64,000 nucleotides of DNA from contig JADHVR010000005.1 in assembly GCA_016783885.1 (NCBI GenBank), positions 28,140-92,139 on the forward strand, in the 5' to 3' direction. The notes under the pieces are model-generated. The model had not been told where the DNA came from, did no database searches, and saw only the letters and a list, made by a program, of their open reading frames with translations. Numbering within the stretch: position 1 is the first letter of the stretch; each line of letters begins with the position of its first letter. Source of the DNA: Bacteroidales bacterium (lineage in GTDB: Bacteria; Bacteroidota; Bacteroidia; Bacteroidales; JAADJA01). Made by a program: the position numbers and the translations under genes. Of this stretch, positions 10,401 to 18,535 are shown one piece after another.

Positions 10401-10761
10401 ATGTGAGACTTTCCAACCCAACCAGGTTAGTCAAAGAATTGCTACCTTGAATATCTAGGGTTCCCCCAATAGATGTGAGACTTTCCAACCCAACCAGGTT
10501 AGTCAAAGAATTGCTACTATGAATATATAGGGTTCCCCCAATAGCTGTTAATACGTTTAGACCATTTAAATTAGCTATACTATTCCCATAAACTTCAACA
10601 TCGCCTTCTATTTCAGTGCAATTGGGATAATTAATTTGAAAGCTGTCAATTTCTGCCTGGGTTTCAAATGTAATTCCATCGGGCAGGCAGGATTCATCAA
10701 TTTGAGCAAACAGTAAAATCTGGCTCAAAATTAAAATGATTGTAAATGTTAGTTTTTTCAT
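7459..10761 (-). CDS. Receptor-L-domain/LRR-like repeat protein, four Cys-capped modules, T9SS type A CTD
   Basis: Repeating LTSLxGLxNLTSIGGxLxI units. Four CLPxGIxFxxQxEIDxFQ...NNAxGCN modules. CTD ISPNP...GIYFCR...TKKIIKTK. Confidence 0.88.
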   Translation of the reverse strand: MKKLTFTIILILSQILLFAQIDESCLPDGITFETQAEIDSFQINYPNCTEIEGDVEVYGNSIANLNGLNVLTAIGGTLYIHSSNSLTNLVGLESLTSIGGTLDIQGSNSLTNLVGLESLTSIGSHLHFFLNQNLVSLSGLENLTSIGGSLSLFHNSALASLTALENLTLIGGNITIYSNDALTNLSGLENISSLGGGLYIYNNDYLNSLTGLDNLTSVSGGVAIISGFFLNSLIGLDNLTFIGGDLEIFTTSLSSLAELENLTSIEGGITIHGNYSLTSLSGLDNINFESIDFLEIYNNSNLSFCEIESVCGYLANPGGPVTIYNNATGCNSPPEIASNCGIVLSCLPFGNYYFTKQIDIDSFQVNYPNCTNLEGIVEIKGSGLTNLLGLSAVTSIGEDLLIYENNGLNNLAGLNNVTSIGRDLLIYANNDLTSLTGLDNVTSIGRDLKIYANNDLTSLTGLDNVTSIGRDLLIYANNDLTSLTGMESLNSIEKDLIIGVVDMGGGGGNPLLSNLIGLANLTSIGGNLNIVNNDTLSTCEVQSICDYLTAPGGTIEIHDNATGCNSPEEVEEACFFSCLPEGIEFNSQIEIDSFQSNFLDCVRIKGNVTISGEDISNLNGLNVLISIDGNLEITGNNTLTSLSGLNSINSLGGNLWIAGNDALNGFSGLINITSIGGSIHIESNASIINLWGLENIEPGSINELSIFENASLSKCDVQKVCEYIASPGATVQIYNNAAGCNSLEEIEDACEYHCLVEGIIFNTQAEIDGFQYNYPLCSEIDGDIKISGDDISNLNGLDVLTFLGGDLDISGNPFLVSLIGLNNLIYLSGALDIYNNDALLDLTGLDNLDLIGGGLFIDKNDLLSNLTGLENLTFINNGLTIGTFSPGGGNPNLSDLSGLSNLYSIEGGLYIKFNPELTSLTGIDNLSEIDGAIEIKANGSLANIADLSNIDPGSINSLMLTLNPSLSDCTAESICSYLASPNANVMIENNAPGCNNQQEVEDACDSITSVNNESVEPELSISPNPVNDKAVLSMNLQSKSSVEICIYNTTGICLKTWRYCNVQPGQKDFVLNMSKFRAGIYFCRIKVGNETITKKIIKTK
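9307..9518. repeat. Near-perfect intragenic 72-bp tandem repeat (x3)
   Basis: Unit ccctgttaaactggtcaggtcattattcgcataaatc..taggtctctcccgatggaagtcacattgt starts at 9307, 9379 and 9451. Confidence 0.95.
10394..10543. repeat. Intragenic 72-bp tandem repeat (x2)
   Basis: ccaatagatgtgagactttccaacccaaccaggttagtcaaagaattgcta at about 10394 and 10466. Confidence 0.9.
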
Positions 10762-10782
10762 GATGTTTTGTTTTTAATTTCC

Positions 10783-10932
10783 CGTCATTGCGAACTGAAG
10801 GGCTTGACTTTTGTGAGGGCGTGAAGCCTGTCTGCCGACAGGCAGGCAATCTGTTTTAATTATGGGGCTACCTTCAGAATAACAGATTGCTTCGCTCTTA
10901 CGCATAAACCCAAGCTATGGCTCGCAATGACG
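10783..10932. repeat. Fold-back (REP/MITE-like) element, copy B
   Basis: Perfect 11-bp terminal IR cgtcattgcga/tcgcaatgacg. Inner IR gaag[insert]caatctgtt/aacagattgcttc, with insert cctgtctgccgacaggcagg. Confidence 0.9.
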
Positions 10933-10940
10933 TTCATAAT

Positions 10941-13067
10941 TTATTTAACTTTAATTACTTTCTTTGTTACCATTTCGTTTCCAGTTTGCAGCCGGCAGAA
11001 ATAAATGCCTTCAGGCAAATGACCTAAATTGCTATGAATGGAATGATGGCCGGGTGTTAAGGTTTTTTTTATCAAATATTCCAGTTTCTGTCCTACAACA
11101 TCGAAAATCTGGATGGTAACATTTTCCCCGGATTGCAGATTAAACCTGATTTGAACATCAGAAGTAACCGGGTTGGGAATAATTTGAAAATTGAAATCCC
11201 TGGTATTCTTCGATAATCCTGTATTTATATCATACCAGGCTTCCCATCCCTCTCCCTGGACGCTGTTATTCGACAAAAAGGCTAGAAACATTTTTCCACT
11301 CGGAGATGTAACCGGACCGGGCGGTTCTTCATAATACCCACTTATCTCAGCAATCAGTTCCTGCGAAACACCATCAATAATTTTTAATACATCATTTTCC
11401 GCTTCGGTATCAAAATAATTGAAATGTAAAGTAAGTGGATCGGTAATTCCCGGATCTATGATCCATGTGCAGGTAGTCGAGTTGTAGTAATAAAAAGAAC
11501 CACTTCCATCATTAATGGTTGCAGCCGGTTCTGTTAATTGAGTCATTCCACTGCACCAATCGGGTCGTTCACAATTGTAGTTGAGGTAAAATCCCGGAGC
11601 TGTGTTTGCGTCATCGGTAATAAACTCAATAAAAACTTTATTACCTGTGGATTCAATGTCACCCGGAATAGTACTTCCGCTTAGTTCAACCAAAAGGGGA
11701 GCAGTATTATCTTCGCCATCGTATATATAAAGCCTGTCGCCATCATTGAACAGATCAAATCGCTTCACCATAATTACGATGTTAGTTACAGAATCATATT
11801 CAGTTTGGGGATCAATGAGCCACGAAGCCTGGGTGTTGTTCAGGTAATTATGAATTGGCCCGCTGCCATCGGTAATCGAACCTTCAAAACTCAAACAAGT
11901 ATCCATTCCCGAACAGTACTGCGGATAAGTGAACTGCAAAGAATCCGGACAAATGTTCGGAACCATGTCCTGGTCATAATTATATCCCTGGATATTGTCG
12001 ATGGTATAATAGCCATTGCTTTGGCCACCCCATCCCAGGTTAAAATGGAAATGATCTTCATCCTGATAGCCATCGCACACAAAGGCATGGCCCGAACCCG
12101 ATGATGGATTCCCTCCATAATAGACAGGGAATTTACTATCAAGCGAAGTTGTTAACAGTTCCTTCCATTGTTCAACGGGCATATTATCCCTGTAATACCA
12201 ATCGTACGGCTGTAATTTAAGATAATATGCAATTGAATCATCGGTTGAAGGAAATGAGCCTCCACCGCTAAAATTCATATGAATACCAACGGCAATATGA
12301 TATGAGTATTCAGCAATGGCCAGATTTACAGTTTGCGGCTCATCTACCATTTCACTATACCTGTACCATGTATTTTCGAAGTCAGCTGATTGTACTCCTG
12401 TTGCAGGATAGACTGTGGAAATATAGGAAGTATAACCCTGACCATGATCCGGCCATCTCCAATAATACGTAATTTGAGCTATGGCAGTAGCTACGCATCC
12501 AACCCAGGTATGACCACCCGAACCTCCCGTGGGTGTTTCGGGGCAATAGTAATTATAAGGCCAACCCTGGTCCCATTCAGTGGTAAGCAGTGGCTCAACA
12601 GCTTTGCTGCTCTTCACTGGTTTGTTTAATTCAAAACCATCATTTAAATAATAAGCCCACTGGTCAGCTGTTTTAATTTCAGGTGTTAGCTTTTTTTGTC
12701 TTACATAACGAACCTGTTCTTCAAATTGGCCGAACCACCATTTAACATTAGGTGGTTGGTTATCTGCAACAAAATTGTGTTTAAAGGAATAGCCCAAAAC
12801 CGGGCTTAAGCAATCATCGGCAGGAACAATTACAAATCCGCCTTTATTCACATGGAAAACATAATAAAAGTTTTGGATTCCATCGGATTCCACATGGGTA
12901 GAATGAATGGCTAACTGATCATACAAAACCGGCCCTTCGAACAGGTTGTATTTCTCAAAGTAGAAATTCAAGGCGACTTTTTTGGCTTGTTGAATAGTTA
13001 CATTTTCAGCAAAGAGATTAAAACTGAAAACGATTGAAATGACGAAAAGAAAAATTTTTGATTTCAT
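10941..13067 (-). CDS. C10 family (streptopain/SpeB-like) cysteine peptidase with propeptide, two CUB domains and T9SS CTD
   Basis: WDQ, GCVATA (Cys), GHAFVCDG (His), HFNLGWGG. Two DGSG...Y.N...WxI CUB-like repeats. CTD IPNP...GIYFCRL...KKVIKVK. Confidence 0.93.
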   Translation of the reverse strand: MKSKIFLFVISIVFSFNLFAENVTIQQAKKVALNFYFEKYNLFEGPVLYDQLAIHSTHVESDGIQNFYYVFHVNKGGFVIVPADDCLSPVLGYSFKHNFVADNQPPNVKWWFGQFEEQVRYVRQKKLTPEIKTADQWAYYLNDGFELNKPVKSSKAVEPLLTTEWDQGWPYNYYCPETPTGGSGGHTWVGCVATAIAQITYYWRWPDHGQGYTSYISTVYPATGVQSADFENTWYRYSEMVDEPQTVNLAIAEYSYHIAVGIHMNFSGGGSFPSTDDSIAYYLKLQPYDWYYRDNMPVEQWKELLTTSLDSKFPVYYGGNPSSGSGHAFVCDGYQDEDHFHFNLGWGGQSNGYYTIDNIQGYNYDQDMVPNICPDSLQFTYPQYCSGMDTCLSFEGSITDGSGPIHNYLNNTQASWLIDPQTEYDSVTNIVIMVKRFDLFNDGDRLYIYDGEDNTAPLLVELSGSTIPGDIESTGNKVFIEFITDDANTAPGFYLNYNCERPDWCSGMTQLTEPAATINDGSGSFYYYNSTTCTWIIDPGITDPLTLHFNYFDTEAENDVLKIIDGVSQELIAEISGYYEEPPGPVTSPSGKMFLAFLSNNSVQGEGWEAWYDINTGLSKNTRDFNFQIIPNPVTSDVQIRFNLQSGENVTIQIFDVVGQKLEYLIKKTLTPGHHSIHSNLGHLPEGIYFCRLQTGNEMVTKKVIKVK

Positions 13068-13143
13068 AACCTAATGTTTTTTGATTTATCAATAAATATC
13101 TAAAATGTAAAAATAAGAAATCTGAAAGGCGAAAATGAAACAG

Positions 13144-13196
13144 ATTTGTAAACGCCGGGGAAAAATTTGTGAACGATGAGGTTTATTTGACGAACG
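13144..13196 (-). promoter_or_regulatory. Three direct repeats with 21-bp period (putative LytTR binding boxes) upstream of the C10 gene
   Basis: atttgtaaacg, atttgtgaacg and tttgacgaacg end at 13154, 13175 and 13196. This spacing matches known LytTR (AgrA-type) operator geometry. Confidence 0.7.
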
Positions 13197-13330
13197 TATG
13201 TAAATATATTAAAAGTTCGATGTTTGATTTATAATGTAAAAGGGATTATGTTTTTAAAAGAGACTTACGAATTTTAGTGTTTAATAAAAATATACTATAT
13301 TTGGGATATGAAAAAAAACACAACCTGATT

Positions 13331-16300
13331 ATGATAACAATAAATAAATCACGAAATCTCTGGATAATCCTTATCACTATTGCTCTGATAGGAATTTCCT
13401 ATTTACTTTACCTGAATGTTTATGTCAGTAATAATGAGAACAGAATGATAAAAACCCGGTACAGGGTTTTAAGCCAGATAGGAAAAAACATCACTGAGAA
13501 AAAAGATGGTTATTATAAAAATGCTAAATATTTTAAGGATTTAGTTCAGAGCGATGTTGAGGAAAAAATTGATTCACTTATAAAACTCATACAGTCACAA
13601 AAAAGATCTAATAAGGATGAGGTCAGTCAGAAAATAAGCAAACAGGATAGTTTGAGGGAAGTATTTGATATAATAAAAGAAAGATCATCCAGTATAAATA
13701 AGAATATAGATATAGATTACGTGATAAAGAAAGACCCGTATTCTATCAGCTTTATCGAAGAACAAAGTCTGTTCGAATTACCAATTCACCTGTCATTAAA
13801 AACAAGCTTCGATGTATTTATGGAACCATTGCTCCGTGATGATGTTTTTGACGGATTAATCATCATCCGTGATTCAAGCGTTGCTTATAATTCGTTAAAT
13901 ACCAATATGCTGCTCAGCCCTGTTGATACTTTATTTATTAAAATCAAAGATTTAAAATCCGGCTTAATAAAAGAGATAGTGAACATTCCGGGCAGTGAAG
14001 GACAAAGCATAAATTATATTTATTCTGCTTCACTTACTGAAATAGAAATCTTAAACACTAAATATAAGTTATTCCTTGAACCGGTACACATCAGCCAGGA
14101 TGAATGGTGGTATTTGGGTGGCTTATTAGAAGAAAAAACCTATAATTCGGAAAAAAGAAGATTAAGCCCGGGAATCATTATATTTCTCTCTCTTGTTTTA
14201 TTAATTATTCTGTTAGGAATGCCTGTCATCAAACTTATTGTTATGGGCAGTAAGGAGCATCTTCATACTAATAATATAACCTCTTCGGCTCTGTCAGTTG
14301 TTTTAGGCTCAGCTTTCGTGCTGCTCTTTATTTTATATTTTTCAATGAACAGAGTTAATTCACGGAATAATGACAAGCAATTGAAGCAATTGGCTGATAC
14401 TATATCAGATAGTTTTATTAAAGAGTTAAAAACAATCTATTCACAACTTGAGACTTACGATTCTGATTTTAATATTACATATCAGGATGATACTATTATT
14501 AATAAAATATTAACAAAACAAAATAATGATGATAACATAAAGCAATTATATCCGGAAATCTATTCATTTTTAGATTATGCTTTCTGGGCTGATAGTGATG
14601 GACAACAAAAAATGGAATTAAATCCTTTTAAAAAGAAAGGAAAATTAATTTCAATTGCGAAAAGAAACTATTTTAAAAACAAGGATAAATGGTTATTACC
14701 CGGAGATAAAAGAGATTCACTGTTTATGTTAGAATCAATCAGTTCTTTGTCATCAGGAATAAATAAAGCAGCCATATCAAAAAGAAGCAATAAAGATACA
14801 CTTGAAGTAATAGCTATAACAACACGGCTACATTCGGTAATCGACCCGGTATTACCAAAGGATTACGGTTTCTGTTTAATTGATGAAACAGGTAAGGTAT
14901 GGTTTCATTCGGATAAAAACCGTAATATGCATGAAAATTTTATTGATGAAAGCAATAAAAATAATTTTTTAAAAGCAGCTATTTACAGCCATATAGCAAA
15001 ACCCATTAATTTGTATTATTATAACCGGTTGAACAGGGCTTATATCAAACCTTTCGAAAATATTCCATTATTTTTATTAACTTTTTACGACAAAAAGCTC
15101 AACCAATCTGCGGGTGCGCAGATTATTACCTTTACATCCCTTCTTATTACCACTTTGTTTTTTCTCCTCTTTATTCAAATCATTTTATTGTTACTGATTA
15201 ATCGGAAACAGTCCGGTTCTGACAATATAAACTTAATTATGGACTGGTCGAGGCCAAAGGTTAAATACAAAGATATTTACATAAAATTAATATTATATAA
15301 TGCTTCTGTTTTTGTTATGCTTATGGCTTTTATGTATTTTACAAAAGGTTATATAGCTGTCTTTATGATTTTTATTGCCATCCCTGTTATTTTCGCCAAT
15401 TCATACTCAGTTATAAATGAGATTTCCTTAAATAAATTATTTTCCGATCGGTTTATTCGGGCTACGGCAATTTTAGTTTTTTTGCTGAATATTGCTGCAT
15501 TTATTATCGTGAAAACACAATATGAAAATTTTATTTTACTATTGGTATTTCAGCTTGTGCTGCTTTTAATGCCGCTTTCTTATAAAATGACTCGAGAGGA
15601 ATTTTTTGAAAGATATCAGGCTGAAAAATATTTTAAGAAATATATTTTATTCTTGTTTTCTTTATTATTAATAATATCAATAATACCTACACTCAAATTT
15701 TTTGAAGTTGCTTATGACCAGGAAAAAATAATCAGGCTGAAACATCACCAGCTTTATCTTACTAAGAAAAAAGAAAACAGAAATCTTGAGTTGAGTAAAT
15801 ATTATGAATCAATTGATGACCCTAAAAATGAAATACAGGAAAAACGTACAAAACTGGGGGTTTATACAAATTTCTTTCAGTCAGCCCGTTTTTCTGATAC
15901 AATTGTAATTAAGAATGATGCCAAAAAAAATGGTTATCAAAATTATAACTATTGGGACAGCTTAGTTTGTTTTATCCGTCCATTTCTCGATCCTTCGGTC
16001 ATTGAAAATAAATACCTTGTATTTCCGGCTTCTTCCGATACTTCATGGAGTTGGACGAATAATAAAAACAAATTACAATTAAAATATACATCGCTAACTG
16101 AAAATATTGATAGTTTAAAACCGATAAACAGATTTGTAGTTTCCGATACTTTTGACTCTAATTTTTTAATACCTTTTGTTGGTTTACAAAACCGGCAGTT
16201 ATTACAAGTTGTTTTTAACCTGATATTTTGGATAATAGTTGGAGCTTTATTATTTTTCTTCTTTAAATTAATAAATTTCGGAAGCGAAAGAATTTATAGC

Positions 16301-17416
16301 GTCAGGCTGATTAAAAACTACATGCCGGATTCGTTTAAAGACAGGATTAATGAGTTAGAAAAAACCGGTACGCATATATTCGTTACAAATTTATCCAGAG
16401 TTGATAAGAATACCTTTCTTATAAACAGGTATAAAAATAACAATATTGTTAAATTGGACTGGCAGGATATTAAATCGTGTGAAGAAAAAATCAGGGTTGC
16501 CATTCTTGAGAAGAAGAAACGAATATTCATTAATAATTTCGGTGACGATTACAGGGATGTTTTATTGAATAAGAAGAAATTAAGGATATTGAACAAACTT
16601 TTACAAATTGAGGATGCACAAATAATTATCTCCTCCGTTGTTTCGCCCGAACGGATAATGTCGTTTTATGTCGAGAAAATCCATGAAACGGAAAAAAACA
16701 AAAGGACAAGCCTTGAATCGGATTATTATTTATACAAAGAAATTCTTAACCGGTTTGTAGTATTGAATTTCCCTGTTATTCTATCTGAAAGAGAAATTAA
16801 TGAAACCAATGAAGATAAACACGAAAGTATTGATGATTTTATAGATAAGGAAATGCAATACAGTGATTACCTGTTAAAACAAAAAAAGATCATAAAAGAT
16901 TATTCTGATACATGGAAATCAAAAAAAGACGGGAATAATATTAAAGAATTAATTATTTCAAAAATTATGAACATTGCTGCACCATATTATTCCGATCTTC
17001 TTAACTCCTGCACACTCGAAGAAAAATATGTACTATTCGATCTTGCAGATGATATGATTTTGAATCCAAAAAATACCGAAACGATTTATACTTTGCTTGA
17101 TAAGGGTTTGTTAATTTTAAATAAGGATCAAATATTAGTAATGAGTGAAAGTTTCAGGAGATTTTTCTTAAGCAATATAAACAAGAAAGATATTCAAAGA
17201 ATAGAAAAAGAGCTAACACAAACAGGAAGATGGTTCGGCTTAAAAACTCCTTTGATATTAATAATAATAGGGCTTTTTATATTTATAGCCATAGCCAAGC
17301 AGGATTTCCTTGAAGACCTTAACACCTTATTTATTGTAATCGGAGGTGGCGTTGCATTATTATCAGGCATTCTTGGGCTATTGTCGAAAGGGACTGCCAT
17401 GCAGGGGATAAAATAG
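13331..17416 (+). CDS. Large multi-pass membrane protein with Cache-like periplasmic domains and a degenerate NTPase/winged-helix-like cytoplasmic region
   Basis: N-terminal TM; two extracytoplasmic regions (second has GFCLIDETGKVWFHSD, PDC/Cache-like); roughly a dozen hydrophobic segments; C-terminal CTLEEKYVLFDLA...LLDKGLL...SESFRRF then 2 TM. Promoter TATATTTG at 13296-13303 supports the start at 13331. Confidence 0.65.
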   Translation: MITINKSRNLWIILITIALIGISYLLYLNVYVSNNENRMIKTRYRVLSQIGKNITEKKDGYYKNAKYFKDLVQSDVEEKIDSLIKLIQSQKRSNKDEVSQKISKQDSLREVFDIIKERSSSINKNIDIDYVIKKDPYSISFIEEQSLFELPIHLSLKTSFDVFMEPLLRDDVFDGLIIIRDSSVAYNSLNTNMLLSPVDTLFIKIKDLKSGLIKEIVNIPGSEGQSINYIYSASLTEIEILNTKYKLFLEPVHISQDEWWYLGGLLEEKTYNSEKRRLSPGIIIFLSLVLLIILLGMPVIKLIVMGSKEHLHTNNITSSALSVVLGSAFVLLFILYFSMNRVNSRNNDKQLKQLADTISDSFIKELKTIYSQLETYDSDFNITYQDDTIINKILTKQNNDDNIKQLYPEIYSFLDYAFWADSDGQQKMELNPFKKKGKLISIAKRNYFKNKDKWLLPGDKRDSLFMLESISSLSSGINKAAISKRSNKDTLEVIAITTRLHSVIDPVLPKDYGFCLIDETGKVWFHSDKNRNMHENFIDESNKNNFLKAAIYSHIAKPINLYYYNRLNRAYIKPFENIPLFLLTFYDKKLNQSAGAQIITFTSLLITTLFFLLFIQIILLLLINRKQSGSDNINLIMDWSRPKVKYKDIYIKLILYNASVFVMLMAFMYFTKGYIAVFMIFIAIPVIFANSYSVINEISLNKLFSDRFIRATAILVFLLNIAAFIIVKTQYENFILLLVFQLVLLLMPLSYKMTREEFFERYQAEKYFKKYILFLFSLLLIISIIPTLKFFEVAYDQEKIIRLKHHQLYLTKKKENRNLELSKYYESIDDPKNEIQEKRTKLGVYTNFFQSARFSDTIVIKNDAKKNGYQNYNYWDSLVCFIRPFLDPSVIENKYLVFPASSDTSWSWTNNKNKLQLKYTSLTENIDSLKPINRFVVSDTFDSNFLIPFVGLQNRQLLQVVFNLIFWIIVGALLFFFFKLINFGSERIYSVRLIKNYMPDSFKDRINELEKTGTHIFVTNLSRVDKNTFLINRYKNNNIVKLDWQDIKSCEEKIRVAILEKKKRIFINNFGDDYRDVLLNKKKLRILNKLLQIEDAQIIISSVVSPERIMSFYVEKIHETEKNKRTSLESDYYLYKEILNRFVVLNFPVILSEREINETNEDKHESIDDFIDKEMQYSDYLLKQKKIIKDYSDTWKSKKDGNNIKELIISKIMNIAAPYYSDLLNSCTLEEKYVLFDLADDMILNPKNTETIYTLLDKGLLILNKDQILVMSESFRRFFLSNINKKDIQRIEKELTQTGRWFGLKTPLILIIIGLFIFIAIAKQDFLEDLNTLFIVIGGGVALLSGILGLLSKGTAMQGIK

Positions 17417-17743
17417 TGAGATAAGAGTTTTTAAGGTTTAAAGTTGAGTCCATTCCGAAAAATCATTTTTAATTAATCATAATCACCTTACCAAACCGGT
17501 TTTTTGACCTTAACCCAAAAATCGCTCAAAAAGAACGTATCTCTTTCTGTCCGAAGGCTTTAGCCGATAAAAATACGTAATATTACACATTGATTTTACG
17601 TATATTCCCGCATGCAAATTGAGTATTTTCCCTATTTTTTATTCTATTTTGTGTGTTTAACTTTGTTGCGTAATTTGAAATTAAATATAACTGATTATTC
17701 AATATCATAAGAAAAGGAGGAAAAACAAAAAAAAATTGTTTAA

Positions 17744-18027
17744 AGTGATAATAAAAATCGTTTTATCGTTCTTTACATTACTTACTTACTGTTGATGAAA
17801 ATATTGCAGATATGTAAACATCAATTTATACAACAAAGATGTGTACGTTTTTGTAAATGAAAACACAAAATAATTATATCATAGTTTATAACACGATGGG
17901 GCAAAAAGTTGCAAATGCAACCATCAACAATGTATAGATAAGATCACTCTTGAAAAGAGCGCCTGTTACGTTGTAAAAGTGCTGAGTGACGAAAGTATAG
18001 GTAACGAGTAAAGTTTTTATTAAATAA
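17744..18027 (+). pseudogene. Decayed 3' remnant of a T9SS cargo gene (linker + CTD)
   Basis: Fragments in shifting frames: SDNKNRFIV, VDENIAD, NKDVYVFVNENTK*, IIVYNTMGQKVANATINNV*, KITLEKSACYVVKVLSDES, VTSKVFIK*. Confidence 0.75.
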
Positions 18028-18041
18028 ACCTCTTCTCTTCC

Positions 18042-18072
18042 CCAAGCTCCCTCCAAACGGAGGGGAGTTTGG
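18042..18072 (+). terminator. Hairpin after the pseudogene stop
   Basis: ccaagctccctcc-aaac-ggaggggagtttgg imperfect stem-loop. Confidence 0.5.
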
Positions 18073-18120
18073 TATGGATATAATAAATTTAGTATCTTTG
18101 TAAAATCACTTAAAATAATA

Positions 18121-18501
18121 ATGAAAAAGCTATTCAGGAAAATAGTATTATTCATCGTTATCTGTTTTGCAGCAATCCTGATCAACTTCTCTGCATTAGG
18201 AATGACAGAAAGGTATGAACGCAGGGAAAAGAAACATGGTCTTGACCCGGATTCCATTGAAATGATAGATCGGCAGGTTTTCAAATACCTGAATAATACT
18301 TTCTTCTTCGACCTTCCTTTACAACGCTTAATCGAAAAACCTGAAATTTACGTTTATGATGACAACAAAGGAACAGGACAAAAGCATATCTACAGGTTCA
18401 AAACCTTTACTACCTGTCAATTGAAGTTCGAGTTGATTAACTATGTGCGGTTTTATCCATTACGATTACCGGAGAGAACATTAATTATTCAGTATGAATA
18501 A
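18121..18501 (+). CDS. Hypothetical exported protein
   Basis: 126 aa, signal-peptide-like N-terminus, promoter TATCTTTG at 18093-18100. Confidence 0.65.
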   Translation: MKKLFRKIVLFIVICFAAILINFSALGMTERYERREKKHGLDPDSIEMIDRQVFKYLNNTFFFDLPLQRLIEKPEIYVYDDNKGTGQKHIYRFKTFTTCQLKFELINYVRFYPLRLPERTLIIQYE

Positions 18502-18535
18502 AAAATCCGATAACTCACAGTTTTCGGATTTTTTT
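18500..18535. terminator. Bidirectional intrinsic terminator
   Basis: aaaaaatccga...tcggatttttt IR with A/T tails between convergent genes. Confidence 0.7.
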
